A stretch of DNA of 64,000 nt from a virus. The DNA lies in the IMG/VR virus record IMGVR_UViG_3300040806_003461, positions 1 to 64,000 of that record. One strand, written 5' to 3'. Position numbers and translations under genes: made by a program. How positions within the stretch are numbered: the stretch's first letter is position 1; each line of letters opens with the position of its first letter. Positions 1 through 11,900 of the stretch are shown in pieces. Under the pieces are notes generated by a model. That model saw only the letters and a program-made list of their open reading frames with translations. It was not told the origin of the DNA and ran no database searches.

Positions 1-1
1 G

Positions 2-607
2 ACGAGTAACCGCATCTTGTGCATCAACAGGGTCAGTGACATTTACGATGCGAGAATTGTTTACATCGATTGCGTTGCCCGAAGGAGCAAGACGCAAATC
101 GCCATCTGCAACAATAGATCTTCCATTAAATGTTAATAACCCGACATTAAAATCGGTAAGACCAATAATCTCTGTAGTTGTATCGCCAAGTGTTACTGAC
201 GTATTCCCAAACGTAATGTATTGAGAAGAAATCGTATTATTTGCGTGGGAAAAATTGTCAGAATTAAAGATCTTATTTTCAAACGTTGTCGCGTGACCAA
301 AGTTATCAATATTGATGTTAGTTAAAAAACCAAATACATCGTTATTTGTACTTAGTAACTCGTTTGAGGTATTGGCATGGCGAAGTGCAATATCAAGTTG
401 TTCGCCAGAAGTAGTTGGATTAATTACAAGACCGTCGCCAACAGTGACAGATTGAATATAATCGCCGGTTGTGTTAAATCCTAACGCAACAGAATCGCTT
501 GTGATAAGAGGCTTTTTCTCGCTACTTAAAACAAGTGATCTATTTGTATCTTGCTTTGGGACCGAACGGATCTTATTTGAACCGCCTACTTTTACCTTAA
601 TTGACAT
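2..607 (-). CDS. Virion/tail-associated structural protein, N-terminal part (runs off the left edge of the window)
   Basis: Not in the ORF track. Read by hand: ATG at 607, MSIKVKVGGSNKIRSVPKQD...NNSRIVNVTDPVDAQDAVTR, open to the window edge; the NVTDPVDAQDAVT motif is typical of fibre proteins; lies 3 nt downstream of the 111-aa gene. Confidence 0.7.
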   Translation of the reverse strand, partial: MSIKVKVGGSNKIRSVPKQDTNRSLVLSSEKKPLITSDSVALGFNTTGDYIQSVTVGDGLVINPTTSGEQLDIALRHANTSNELLSTNNDVFGFLTNINIDNFGHATTFENKIFNSDNFSHANNTISSQYITFGNTSVTLGDTTTEIIGLTDFNVGLLTFNGRSIVADGDLRLAPSGNAIDVNNSRIVNVTDPVDAQDAVTR

Positions 608-610
608 CTA

Positions 611-946
611 TTAAGAAACCTCCGATATAGTAGGAACAACTATCGCTAGTCCTTCAACTACTTTCGAGATTTCTCCTGTAGGCTTTCGCATTAAAACATC
701 ATATTCATATTTGCCAGGCTTTAAATCCCCGGAAGTGTTTGCTGACATTACCAAAGTAACATCATTGTTTGCGGCTTCTATTGTAAAATTCGCGGCAACG
801 GTTGAAGAGTAAAACTTTCTCATACTTGCATAGAAGTTATACCCGCCGTTTCCAACAACGAGTTCGTCATCGTCACCGTCAAATAGTTCTAAAGTGATTC
901 GGAAATCAGCGCCTTTGTCTATATATATGTTTGATCTTGAGGCCAT
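611..946 (-). CDS. Small virion structural protein (T4-like tail/baseplate accessory, Ig-like)
   Basis: NIYIDKGADF...GKYEYDVLM...KVVEG pattern recurs in T4-like structural modules; late promoter upstream. Confidence 0.6.
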   Translation of the reverse strand: MASRSNIYIDKGADFRITLELFDGDDDELVVGNGGYNFYASMRKFYSSTVAANFTIEAANNDVTLVMSANTSGDLKPGKYEYDVLMRKPTGEISKVVEGLAIVVPTISEVS

Positions 947-974
947 TGTCCACTCTCTTAAATGCTCTTTCCAT

Positions 975-982
975 TATTTATA
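975..982 (-). promoter_or_regulatory. T4-type late promoter TATAAATA
   Basis: Exact consensus about 30 nt upstream of the ATG at 946. Confidence 0.75.
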
Positions 983-1010
983 ACAAATCACATAATAATA
1001 AACGAAAGGC

Positions 1011-1030
1011 GAGAGGCACTTATGCCTCTC
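1011..1030 (-). terminator. Rho-independent terminator after the collagen-like fibre gene
   Basis: Hairpin GAGAGGCA-4nt-TGCCTCTC followed on the minus strand by T-rich sequence. Confidence 0.6.
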
Positions 1031-1044
1031 TCGATGGTGGTATG

Positions 1045-4000
1045 TTACGACCTTTTCAGATCATCAACTTCTTCCTTGAGTTCTTTAACGGCTTCAATTA
1101 GTAATCCTGTAATATTACCGTAAGAAACTGATTTCATTCCAGTGGCATCGGTATTAACTAATTCAGGAACAACTGCCTCAACTTCCTGAGCAATCACGCC
1201 GACCTTCCTTGTTCCAGGAATAGCAATTCTTTCAAAATATACACCGCGCAATTGCGTAACTTTATCAAGAGCACCGCTAATTGTTTCAACATTCGTTTTA
1301 ACTCTTTCATCGGATTGTGCATCAATATCACCAGTTGCAGTGAAGTCTCCGCCGCTCAAATCAAACGTAAATTTGTTAACCGCGTTATTCTTGATGTACC
1401 AATTACCGATTGAAAGAACGGTATCCATAACAAGATCGGTTGAGTCAAATACGATATGGGCATCGCCACCTGTACCAAACTCGAGCTCTAAGTTATCATC
1501 AATTCTTAAGTTGCCTGCCGTTTTCTGAGCGAAAGCATCGGCTTCAAGATAATTACCTGTTGCACCGTTAATTGTTCCGCCAACTGTCATATTACCAGCA
1601 ACGTTGATATTTTCAACTGTTAATTGGTCGGTTGATGCCTGATAGAAGAAGTTGCTTTCTCCACCTGGGTTTGGCGATGCAGTTGCGTAAACTGGACGGC
1701 TACCTGTACCACCTTGTACCAACGGTACTGACATATTTGTTGACTGAAGGTTGGAGGCATAAAGGTCATTAATATTAACCTCTGAAGATTCAGCAGTTAA
1801 ACCTTGTAAACCTTGAATACCTTGGAAACCATCAGGACCAACATCGCCTTGAATACCCTGGGTACCTTGTGCGCCTTGAACACCCGATCCTTCGCCACCT
1901 TGGAAACCGTCATTACCCTGCATACCTTGGGCACCTTGGAAACCTTGGTTACCGCCAGATCCAACACCTAATGGACCTTGAACACCCTGATGACCTTGAG
2001 CACCTTGAATACCTTGAGTACCGCCGCCGCCATTTTCACCTTGGACACCGCCGCCGCCTTGAATACCTTGAATACCTTGGACACCACCACCGGTTCCACC
2101 TTCAGCACCTTGGAAGCCTTGCGTACCTTGAACGCCTTGAATACCTTGTAAACCTGATCCTCCAGTTGCCGACGTACCTTGTAGACCTTGCGGACCTTGG
2201 GTACCTTGAGCACCTTGGTTACCACCTGCAGCCAATTCACCTTGTAAACCTTGAACGCCTTGTACACCTTGAGTACCTTGGAAACCTGCCCCGCCTGTTC
2301 CGCCTGGACCTTGGAAACCTTGCGTACCTTGCGATCCTGAACCATCAGGACCTTGGAAACCTTGAAGACCTTGGACACCTTGCGAACCTTGTGCCGCAGC
2401 ACCACCTGTAATACCTTGAATACCTTGTGGTCCTGCAGGTCCTTCCTCACCTTCGGCGCCTGTAATACCTTGAACACCCTGTGATCCTGAACCAGATCCA
2501 CCTTGTAAACCTTGAGCGCCATCTTGGCCGTTGGTTCCTTGTGGACCTTGAAGACCTTGAATACCTTGTGCGCCAAATCCTGCTGGACCTAGATCACCTT
2601 GTAAACCTTGTGTTCCTTGAAGTCCTTGCAGACCTTGAGTACCCTGAGTACCACCTGCACCCAATCCGCCTTCACCTTGAATACCTTGTAAACCTTGAGT
2701 ACCTTGTGGACCTTGAACGCCTTGGTGTCCTTGGAAACCTTGTGTTCCATCAGATCCGTCGTTTCCTGCCGTACCTTGTGGGCCTTGGATACCTTGAATC
2801 TCTTCGCCTTGTAAACCTTGAACACCTTGTGTTCCGTCGGTGCCATCAACCCCACCGAGACCTTGGATACCTTGAACACCTTGCGAACCAGCACCATCAG
2901 CACCTTGGAAACCGAGGTCGCCTTGAATACCCGTGAAACCTTGAACACCTTGCGGTCCAGGATCACCTGCATCACCTGTTCTTGCAAAGGTAATGCGTAC
3001 GTCTTGGTTATCAGAATAAGAACTTACTGAACCGTTTAAGAATGTACAGTCAATTTCAAAATAACCAGATTGTTCTTGTAAAGCATCAATTGTATAGATT
3101 ACAAAGTTTGCTGCATTAGAACCGTCGGTTACTTTAAAGTGTCCTTTAATTGTAGAAGTAGAATCGTCAATTGTTCTTAAGTATGATTGTAGATCGTTGA
3201 AGTCATCGTCACGATCATCAATATACATTACCGTGGCTGAACCTAAGGCACCGTTGTTGAATTTTAATCTACCGATACCTGGGTCTGATGCGTTCGTATC
3301 AGATTCAAAAGTATAGTCAAAAGTAGCACCACCAAATCCACCGTCAGAACCTTGTATACCTAGATTACCTTGTAGACCTTGAAGTCCTTGGACACCTTGT
3401 GTACCTTGAACACCAGCACCAGTCTCACCTTGTAGTCCCTGTAGACCTTGTAGACCTTGCAATCCTTGTGTACCTTGAGCACCTTGCGTACCTTGGAAAC
3501 CAACGTCGCCTTGAATACCTGTAATACCCTGGAAGCCTTGAGTACCTTGCTGCGCTTCACCTTGAATACCTTGGAAACCTGTGAAACCTTGGATACCAGT
3601 TGTACCTTGGTAACCTTGAAGTCCTTGCAAACCTTGTAGACCCTGAAGACCTTGTAATCCTTGTACGCCTTGCGCCCCTTGTAAACCAGTATCTCCAGTA
3701 AATCCTTGTGTGCCTTGGACACCTTGTGTACCTTGAGCACCTTGTAGACCTGTAATACCTTGTAAACCGCGTGGGCCTGCAGGAATAAACGAAACAAGAG
3801 TATCAGGACCGTGATCGTTGTCTACGTTATCCCAATCATAACTTGCAACGGCACCCGAAGCAACATAAGTAACTGAGAATATACCGTATGCCTTTGAACC
3901 GCTGTCCCAATCAAATTCATTTATTTCGTAAACAACAAAATGGTGCCCAGCAGGACCATCATTGTCGGCTGTGCTTTCAATAAAGATATGGCCTTTTGGA

Positions 4001-5565
4001 CTTGCTAAGGTATCAATATAATCATAGAATTCATCTAACTGATTTGAATATTGATCGTCAGGAATATCATCAATGATAAGAGTATTTGCAGTACGAATAT
4101 CGTTACTGTTGATTTTCCAACTGCTTGCAGTAGGTGCTGAAATAGTACGGTCGCCGTCATAAAGGAATTGCCAAGTTAAACCGCCATGATCTCCATAGAA
4201 ACCTTGGACGCCTTGCGTACCTTGAGCTCCTTGAGAACCAGTTGTACCTTGCGGACCTGTGTTACCTTGAAGGCCAACATCGCCTTGAATGCCTTGCGTA
4301 CCTTGAGCTCCTTGAGCACCAATAAATCCTTGTGTACCTTGGAAACCTGTGAAACCTTGGATACCTGTGAAACCTTGTAAACCTTGCGTTCCCTGAATAC
4401 CTTGGAATCCGCGATCACCAGAAATATTAAATGCTACAATACAAGGAAGCGAAATATAAGTACCTGGATTGCCTGGCAGATCTTCAGCGACAAAATCTTC
4501 CTTTACAGCAGCACCCGATAGGTACGTTACATCCATATCCCAATAGTTACCATCGTCAGTAAGTTCTTGTATTGAAAAGATAACATATACAGATGGATTA
4601 TCACGTAATGTGATTTTCATGTATGCTTTATTAGCAGATGATGAAGAATCAATAGCTGTAAAATAACCTGTTAAATCAACATTAAATGAGTCGCTATCTG
4701 CAATCCAAATTTTAGTTGCGCCAGTGAGTGCTCCTGTATCAGCAGCCGGAGAATTGAAATACATAAACCCGCTAGTAGCAGGAGATGGTTCTGCAAAGTT
4801 GTGTGATACGTTGTATTGAACAACCATTCCAGAATCGTCGCCTGAATAACCTTGGAAACCGTCATTACCTTGGACACCTTGGAATGCCTGTGGGCCTTGT
4901 AAACCCTGAATACCTTGAAGACCTTGGACTCCTTGAGTACCTTGGATTCCTTGAACGCCTTGGATACCTTGAAGACCTTGCGTACCCTGATTACCTTGAA
5001 CGCCTTGGTTACCCTGAATACCAGTAATACCTTGGAAACCTTGAACACCTTGGTTACCACGGAAACCACGAGAACCTTGGATACCTTCTTCACCGATGGT
5101 ACCTTGCATTCCTTGAATACCAATAGGACCTTGGAAACCTTGAACACCACGGAACGAACCAATGTTTACCCAAGTGTTTGATCCAACGTAAATCCATAGT
5201 TCGTCATCAGCTTCATCAATAACACCTTCGCCAATGTTTGCTGATGGGAATGCGGCATTAAGAGTTGCTTGCGGGTCACCGCCTGAATCTACATCAGCTA
5301 CCGAACCGATAATTGTAAAACCAGGACCGTAATCGCCCTGTAAACCTTGTACCCCTTGTACCCCTTGAGTACCCTGTATTGTATTATTAGCAGCGCCGCC
5401 GTCAAGTAATTCCCACGCGGTACCATCAGAATATCTGATGTTTCCGTTGGTATCATAGATTAAAGATCCTTCAAATGGAACAGGATCTAGTTGCGTATAA
5501 TCTTGAGGAATACCTTGCCCAATTAGGGTGGTTCTTCCTCTTAAGCTCTTAAATCTACTCGACAT
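1045..5565 (-). CDS. Collagen-like tail fibre protein with C-terminal intramolecular chaperone (peptidase S74)
   Basis: Long Gly-X-Gln runs, three related globular inserts, C-terminal SDERVK...GVIAQEVE...SVSYG...LIEAVKEL chaperone motif. Confidence 0.85.
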   Translation of the reverse strand: MSSRFKSLRGRTTLIGQGIPQDYTQLDPVPFEGSLIYDTNGNIRYSDGTAWELLDGGAANNTIQGTQGVQGVQGLQGDYGPGFTIIGSVADVDSGGDPQATLNAAFPSANIGEGVIDEADDELWIYVGSNTWVNIGSFRGVQGFQGPIGIQGMQGTIGEEGIQGSRGFRGNQGVQGFQGITGIQGNQGVQGNQGTQGLQGIQGVQGIQGTQGVQGLQGIQGLQGPQAFQGVQGNDGFQGYSGDDSGMVVQYNVSHNFAEPSPATSGFMYFNSPAADTGALTGATKIWIADSDSFNVDLTGYFTAIDSSSSANKAYMKITLRDNPSVYVIFSIQELTDDGNYWDMDVTYLSGAAVKEDFVAEDLPGNPGTYISLPCIVAFNISGDRGFQGIQGTQGLQGFTGIQGFTGFQGTQGFIGAQGAQGTQGIQGDVGLQGNTGPQGTTGSQGAQGTQGVQGFYGDHGGLTWQFLYDGDRTISAPTASSWKINSNDIRTANTLIIDDIPDDQYSNQLDEFYDYIDTLASPKGHIFIESTADNDGPAGHHFVVYEINEFDWDSGSKAYGIFSVTYVASGAVASYDWDNVDNDHGPDTLVSFIPAGPRGLQGITGLQGAQGTQGVQGTQGFTGDTGLQGAQGVQGLQGLQGLQGLQGLQGYQGTTGIQGFTGFQGIQGEAQQGTQGFQGITGIQGDVGFQGTQGAQGTQGLQGLQGLQGLQGETGAGVQGTQGVQGLQGLQGNLGIQGSDGGFGGATFDYTFESDTNASDPGIGRLKFNNGALGSATVMYIDDRDDDFNDLQSYLRTIDDSTSTIKGHFKVTDGSNAANFVIYTIDALQEQSGYFEIDCTFLNGSVSSYSDNQDVRITFARTGDAGDPGPQGVQGFTGIQGDLGFQGADGAGSQGVQGIQGLGGVDGTDGTQGVQGLQGEEIQGIQGPQGTAGNDGSDGTQGFQGHQGVQGPQGTQGLQGIQGEGGLGAGGTQGTQGLQGLQGTQGLQGDLGPAGFGAQGIQGLQGPQGTNGQDGAQGLQGGSGSGSQGVQGITGAEGEEGPAGPQGIQGITGGAAAQGSQGVQGLQGFQGPDGSGSQGTQGFQGPGGTGGAGFQGTQGVQGVQGLQGELAAGGNQGAQGTQGPQGLQGTSATGGSGLQGIQGVQGTQGFQGAEGGTGGGVQGIQGIQGGGGVQGENGGGGTQGIQGAQGHQGVQGPLGVGSGGNQGFQGAQGMQGNDGFQGGEGSGVQGAQGTQGIQGDVGPDGFQGIQGLQGLTAESSEVNINDLYASNLQSTNMSVPLVQGGTGSRPVYATASPNPGGESNFFYQASTDQLTVENINVAGNMTVGGTINGATGNYLEADAFAQKTAGNLRIDDNLELEFGTGGDAHIVFDSTDLVMDTVLSIGNWYIKNNAVNKFTFDLSGGDFTATGDIDAQSDERVKTNVETISGALDKVTQLRGVYFERIAIPGTRKVGVIAQEVEAVVPELVNTDATGMKSVSYGNITGLLIEAVKELKEEVDDLKRS
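1800..5375 (-). repeat. Degenerate 9-bp coding repeats (CAAGGT-NNN) encoding Gly-X-Gln collagen triplets
   Basis: Very many accttg/ccttg units on the plus strand, in blocks separated by globular domains. Confidence 0.9.
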
Positions 5566-5989
5566 CGTCTTCCTCTGCCTGGCCTAGCGTGAACGAGATC
5601 ATAGCATCAACTGCTAAATTCGTATCAGCTTTAATTTCTAATAAATCACCGGACGCAAAGAATTGTCCGTTTAATGGCAAGGCAAAGGTATCGTAAGATG
5701 GAATCGGCATATTCCTAACTATCCAAAACTCATCATTTGATGCGTATCTGTGAGTTCTTACATCAACCTTTACCGTATTTGCGCTATGGTTTGAAATAAT
5801 GAGTGGACTGATAACCTCGCCAACGCCTGGTTCGGTTGTTGTTGACCCACCGAAAACCAATTCAGGAACTTCGTAGTTAGGAACCTCAATCAGCGTTTGC
5901 CAATTTGTTGTAACTGTAAAGTTACTAATAACCGGTTTGGCGTCAGGCGCCTGGGAGGTTTCAATTGTTGTGATCGTATTATTTGCCAT
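5555..5989 (-). CDS. Hypothetical virion structural protein
   Basis: 144-aa ORF overlapping both neighbours in the late operon. Confidence 0.6.
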   Translation of the reverse strand: MANNTITTIETSQAPDAKPVISNFTVTTNWQTLIEVPNYEVPELVFGGSTTTEPGVGEVISPLIISNHSANTVKVDVRTHRYASNDEFWIVRNMPIPSYDTFALPLNGQFFASGDLLEIKADTNLAVDAMISFTLGQAEEDDVE

Positions 5990-8900
5990 TAGATTGTTGC
6001 CCTACTGTTAGAAGCCCTTCTTGCAAGTTTACGAACTGAGGATGTAAATGGTCGGCCTTCAATTCGTCCTGTTCTACCGTTAATTCTTAGTCCTCTTGCG
6101 AAGTACTGGTTATTCAATTCGTCAGCGCCTGACCATCTGATTCTACCACCATTCTCTGACAATACAGAGGCAGTAGCAGAAATTGCAGAACCAACGTTTC
6201 TGAAGTTCAGCGGTAGTGCGTTTCTGTTAACACCTGCCGAAGCTCCGTTAAACTGGTGAGCAATGGATTCAACGAGTGAACCGAATGTTAAGAAGTTAGG
6301 TCTCAATACTGTATCAATTAAGACGTTATCAATTAACTCGGTTACCATGTTCCTATGCTCTAGGTCCGGTGCGATATTGTTATTTATATAGGTTTTCATC
6401 TGTGTCCAAGCGCCTTCGAAGGATTCTAGAAGATCCGTGTTATTTGCGCCTGCGTTTGCCCACGTTGTACCTGTCCAATACCAGATCTGTCCGATGTAAC
6501 GGTTTCCATTATTGTTTGTTGGAATAATGTATGCATCCCAGCGTTTCTTAGTTTCAATCGCATCACGAGTAGCCGTATCAATAACCGTTCCTTTGAATCT
6601 TAATCTGCGATAATCAGCAAATGTTCTTGGCGGATTAAATACCGGGAATACGTGTTGTGCATCAATGTTAAAGAATGCCGCTGCGTATGCTCTTGTTGAT
6701 TGATCTCCACCTGCGCCTTCAACGTTATATTCACCAGTCAAGTTAACTGATGGATCAACATATCTGAAGTCGTTTTGCATAACTTTCAGCAAGTTGTTTG
6801 CGTCACGATATGTCTTAGGTAGATCAATAAACTTGTATTCAGAAGTAATAAATCTTTGAACCTCGCGTTGTAATCTGCGCTTGTTGTTTGCCAAAATATC
6901 TTTAGAGAATCTGAATACTTTGTTTTTATCATCTTCCCATGTAAAGTCAGGTTCATTCAATGGACCTAAGTACTTCGGTGAGTTGAAGTAAAGTGCGTTG
7001 TAGAAGATCATACCGTTATCGTATGCCTGTTTTGCTCTTTCTTCATCACCCATTTCTGGGCGAAGTTTTTGTCCTGGGTAAGAACCTGTTACAACATCGC
7101 GAATGATTTCACCTAGGCGGCGATAAGATTGTGCTGTTGCAACTCTTGTGTTTTCTGGAATGCGTAATTGGTTATTCCAATAGTAGAAGTCCGCGTTCCA
7201 ACGAGATGCCGCGTTACCACCGTAGTTAAGATCCCAGCTGATAGCATCAATGATGTATCCTGAGTCACGGCGACATTTTGCTTTGCTATAGTCAATAATT
7301 GTAAAGTTATCTTTGATGTGTTGTACCACATCGTCAGCAAGGAATCCAAGATTATCGTCAATAGCATTTCCTGCCCATACCTTACTTGCATCAACCCAAG
7401 ATGTATTAGGTTCAACAAGTTCAGGTAGTGCATCCAATCCATCGCGGCGGATTGCTTCTTCGACGATACGAACCATATCAGCAGCCCATTCACCTTCAAC
7501 CGAAGATGCTGCATCATTTGTAGTATCCTGTCCTGCTTCCAATTCTTGAATAACTTTGCTAACAAGGTTTGCCATTTCGTCATAGAAATCTGCTGTCTGT
7601 TGACGTTGGTCAAACGGTAGAACACTTGTTGCATTATCAAAGTACATATTTGCCGCAAGTCTTGTTGCGTAGTTTGTTTCATATTGTACGTCGTGTGAAA
7701 TAGCATCAATCATAATGCCAACATCACGACGGCATTTCTCTTTAGGATAACTGATGCCGTTGTATTCGCTTGAGATGAAGTTAACCATGCTTGTTACTAA
7801 TGCTTCAAGCTTGTCATCAACTTTATCTTTTTCTGTATGGAATGTAGCAGGAATCCAATTTGTATATGGCTCAACTCTTGCTGGCAGATTTGTTGGATTG
7901 TTATCATCAGCAATATGAGCAATCATTTCGCCAAGTGCTTTAACTTCCGCTGCAATTTCTCTTCTTGCTGCAAGTGATGTCTTATCTTGTTTCTTGGTAT
8001 TTCCAACAACAGTTTGAACCGCCCATTCAGTTGCACTTACGAATGTATGAGCACCGGTATAACCTTGTGCAGTTCCTACATTTACTGTTACTGTTGTTGC
8101 AGTTACAGCTTCAACTTTCAGTGGAGTTTCAAATGCAGGATCTGTAACTCTTGGATGAGAAATTTGAACTGCAGGGCTACCACATTCAAATGTGAATGAT
8201 TCTTTAGCAAGTAAGATATGGCTTCCTACTTTCAAATCGTGATTGCCAAGAGTAATTACAAATTGACCGTTAAGAACATCGTAGGTTGCAGTAGATGGAG
8301 TATACTTTCTGCCAATTCTTAAAGGAACCGTTGTATTACGAGTAATATCATGCATTACTTTACCCATATGCATGAATGCTTTCTTCGTTGGTTCTCTTTG
8401 TTCAAGTGGTAACAAGTTAACCGCATTTACGAAGTAAATCTGAGCAGCATTCCACATTGCTGAATTACCGCCGTATTGAATATCGTGGGAAATTGCATCA
8501 ACCATGTATCCAACATCTCTGCGGCATTTTGCTGAATCATACTCGAGATAATCAAATTTCTCTTGTAGATGAGTATTAACGCCAGCGGCAAGTGGTGCAA
8601 GTCTTCCTGCAATAATTACTGCCTCTGCCTCGTAATTATATCCTGTACCTGTACCTGCTTGAGGTTCAATCGCGGCAGGCATATTAATTACTGAATCTTC
8701 GGTAATAATATTCGCAACAATATTCCACAGTCCTGGGATACGGTTTGCTTCCGCAGCTGAGGCTGTTGAGAATCCTGCTGTTACCTGTACTTCTGGGTTA
8801 CTTAAAGATTTTGAAACGGTTTGCTTCAATACAACTTGCTGAGAAACTGTACCTAAGTGTTCAAATACAGCAGCAGTTGGAGCTCTTTGATCTGCAGGTA

Positions 8901-11900
8901 ATCCTACATTAACTCCATTTTCAAAATAGAGTCTTGCAACATCTCTCATAGCAACATTTGATCCATGCAAGATATCGTGCTTAACAGCATCAAGCATATA
9001 ACCAACATCTCTACGGCATTTTGCTGTGTCGTATGAAAGCGATGAGTAATTTGTAGCAATCCAAGCAATACATTCTTCAACGATAAAGTCTCGGTTCAAA
9101 TCTAAACCATCTTCAACATTTTGTGCGCTTGTATTTTGATATGCTGTACCGTAATTATAGGCAGGTGCTGTTTCACCTTTCATAATTGCGATAATATTAT
9201 CAAACGATGCAGTTGCAGTTGTAAGAGCTGTACCTGACAATCTTGGCTCAATATCTCTTCTTAGATATTTGATTGCTTCAATTGTTTCTGCCAATTGCTC
9301 TTCAATTACTTTATCTGTACTTGCGTTACCAGCACGATATGCTCTGCCTGCATAAACACCGTTATAGTTGCCGCCTGTCTGTACATCGCGTTTAACCGCG
9401 TTGACAATATATCCAACATCTCTTGCGCATTTATCTTCATCATAAACAAAGTATTCGTCATTAATATATGCAACAACTTCATCTTGGATAAAGTCTTTGT
9501 TTTTCTGTAATGAATGGCGAGCGAACGTTCTGCTCGGTTCAATAAGAGGAGCAGTAGCAGTATTGGCAATAGGTAATGGTCTCAATGTCTGCTGACCTTT
9601 GGATATATCCAGTGATCCCGTATAATCTGGGATAACCAATCTATCATCAACAACTGCTGAAATAATATTTGCCAATCTCTTAGCTTCAGTGCCCGTTGCC
9701 GCTGTTGCCGCTGTTCCTGAAGTATCTTGAGTTTTTGTATTTCCTGTAGTTGGAGTTACCGCTGTTTCTGTAACGATATCATCAATTACATCAGCAAGAT
9801 GCTCGAACGCAAGCCTTGTAGGTTCACGTTGTTCGTATGGAAGAACATTAACCGCACCTTCGAAGTAGTATCTTGCGGCATTGATTGTTGCCTCTTCACC
9901 ACCATAAGAAAGGTCTTCGGCGATTGCATCAACAATATATCCAACATCACGTGGGCACTTATCAATTTGATATGCAAGACCATTATATTCTTGGCGAATA
10001 TGGTCAATGATTTCGTATTGGTACTTAGGAGTTGATCCCCACAGCTCTTCATATTGAGAAAGAACCGCGGCATCGTATCCTGTGCCTGTCAGTGGTGGCT
10101 CTTTAAACTCTGGGTTTGTTAATCCTGTATCTTTGCCGTCTGTACCATAACCTGGTCCGCCTGCAACATAACCTGCCGTATCTTCGTATCCTGTTGTACC
10201 AAATGTTTCTTTATAATTATCTTCTTCAATAATATCAGAAATTGTCTTGAACAATCTTACAACTTCATTTGCAGCTTCAGGATTTACAGATGGACGGAAT
10301 ACGCCATCGGCACGAACAAAGCTATGAACTCCCGTGTATCCTTTTGCATCTCCTACATCCAATGTGAATGTATTTGTTGTTGTGCTAATGATTTCACATG
10401 GAGTATTGAAGTATGGATCTGTTGCTCTTGGGTGGCTGATTTGAGTATTTGCCACTTCAGTGTTTGAGCAGGAGAAGGTAATTGCTCCTTCCTCCATTAC
10501 AATCCAATCCCCGGTTTCCATTCCGTGGCCATTGACTGTTACTGTCATAATACCTGTAACAGGATCATATGATGCATCAGTCGGAGTAAGCTCGTTGTTT
10601 GAAGCATTGAATGTTTGAGCAACTGGTGTTTGCAGAGTTGCAATTTCTTCTCTTACGATTTGGCCTGCAAGTTCTGCGATGTGTTGATATGCATGTGCAG
10701 TTTTAGGTTTTTCTTCATCATCCAATACGCTTACTGCATTGTCAAAGTATACTCTTGCGTTACCAAGCGTTGCAGCATTTGAACCATGCTGAACATCCCA
10801 AGATACTGCATCAATAAAGTATCCTAAATCTCTTTCGCAATCTGCTTCGTTATAAACAAATCCTGGATAAGTATTTGCCATCCAAGATGTAACTTCATCT
10901 TGAAGCATTGCTTTGTTTGCTTGCAACGCTTTTCTTGCAGCCAAAGTATCTTCTGAATGGTAACCATCACCGAAGGTAATAATATCAGCATTTGAAGTAC
11001 CGTTCTCCATGATTTGAACGATTTCATCAAACGCAGTATTTGCTCTTGCTTCTCCATCACCGCTTAAGATATCTGCTGAAACCTGATCTCTTAACCAACG
11101 GATTGCTCCTGCTGTTTCGGTAAGCTGCTCGGTAATTACTTTATCTGTACTTGCATTTCCTGAGCGATAAGCATAACCCGCAAAGATTGAGTTAATATTT
11201 GAATCTGTTGCCATGTCGCGGCGGACAGCATCAAGAATGTAACCCGTATCACGCATACAACGTTTATCGTCATATACGAAGTAGTTATCTTTCAACCAAG
11301 CATCAATTTCATCTTGTAAGAATGCTTTGTTCTTGAGAAGAGTATCAGCAGCATTAATCTTATCACGGGTAATTGTTGATCTTACCTTGATAACTGCGCC
11401 TTCTTCTGCACTTACAAATGTATGGTTGTTTGCATAACCATTTGGAACTGCGCCTGTATTAACTGTGATTGTAGTATTAGATACGGCAGTAACTGCAATT
11501 GGTTTTTGATAATTTGGTTCACCGATGCGTGGGTGAGAAATCTCAGTTACCGTCGCACCGTTTGCACAACTGAATACAACCGATTGAGGTTTAAATTCAA
11601 TATGGTCGTCAGTTGTAACGCCGTGTCCTTCGCCTAAGGTAATTTCCATCACACCAGTATCAGGAGCATATGTTGCTGTTGATGGAGTGAAGTATGAATC
11701 AACCTTAGCAGGATCATTAAAGTAGATTGCATTTGTATCAATACAATCCACATCTGCACTTACAAATGTATGGTCAGATTGATAACCGTTTGCATTACCT
11801 ACGTTAACTGTAATCGTTGTTCCTGTTGCACCTGTAATACGAACAGGCTGGCGGTAAGCAGGTTCACCAACTCTTGGATGGCTCAATTCTGTAATGATTG

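Noticed and set aside
36-224. 62-aa plus-strand ORF
   Set aside because: Antisense to the longer open minus-strand frame starting at 607
1869-5181. Alternative-frame and antisense ORFs with KVFKV or LEYLE repeats
   Set aside because: Shadows of the 9-bp collagen codon repeat, fully nested in the fibre gene
1800-5375. CRISPR array or DGR-like repeats
   Set aside because: Repeats are degenerate in-frame 9-mers without unique spacers; no cas or reverse transcriptase gene in the window
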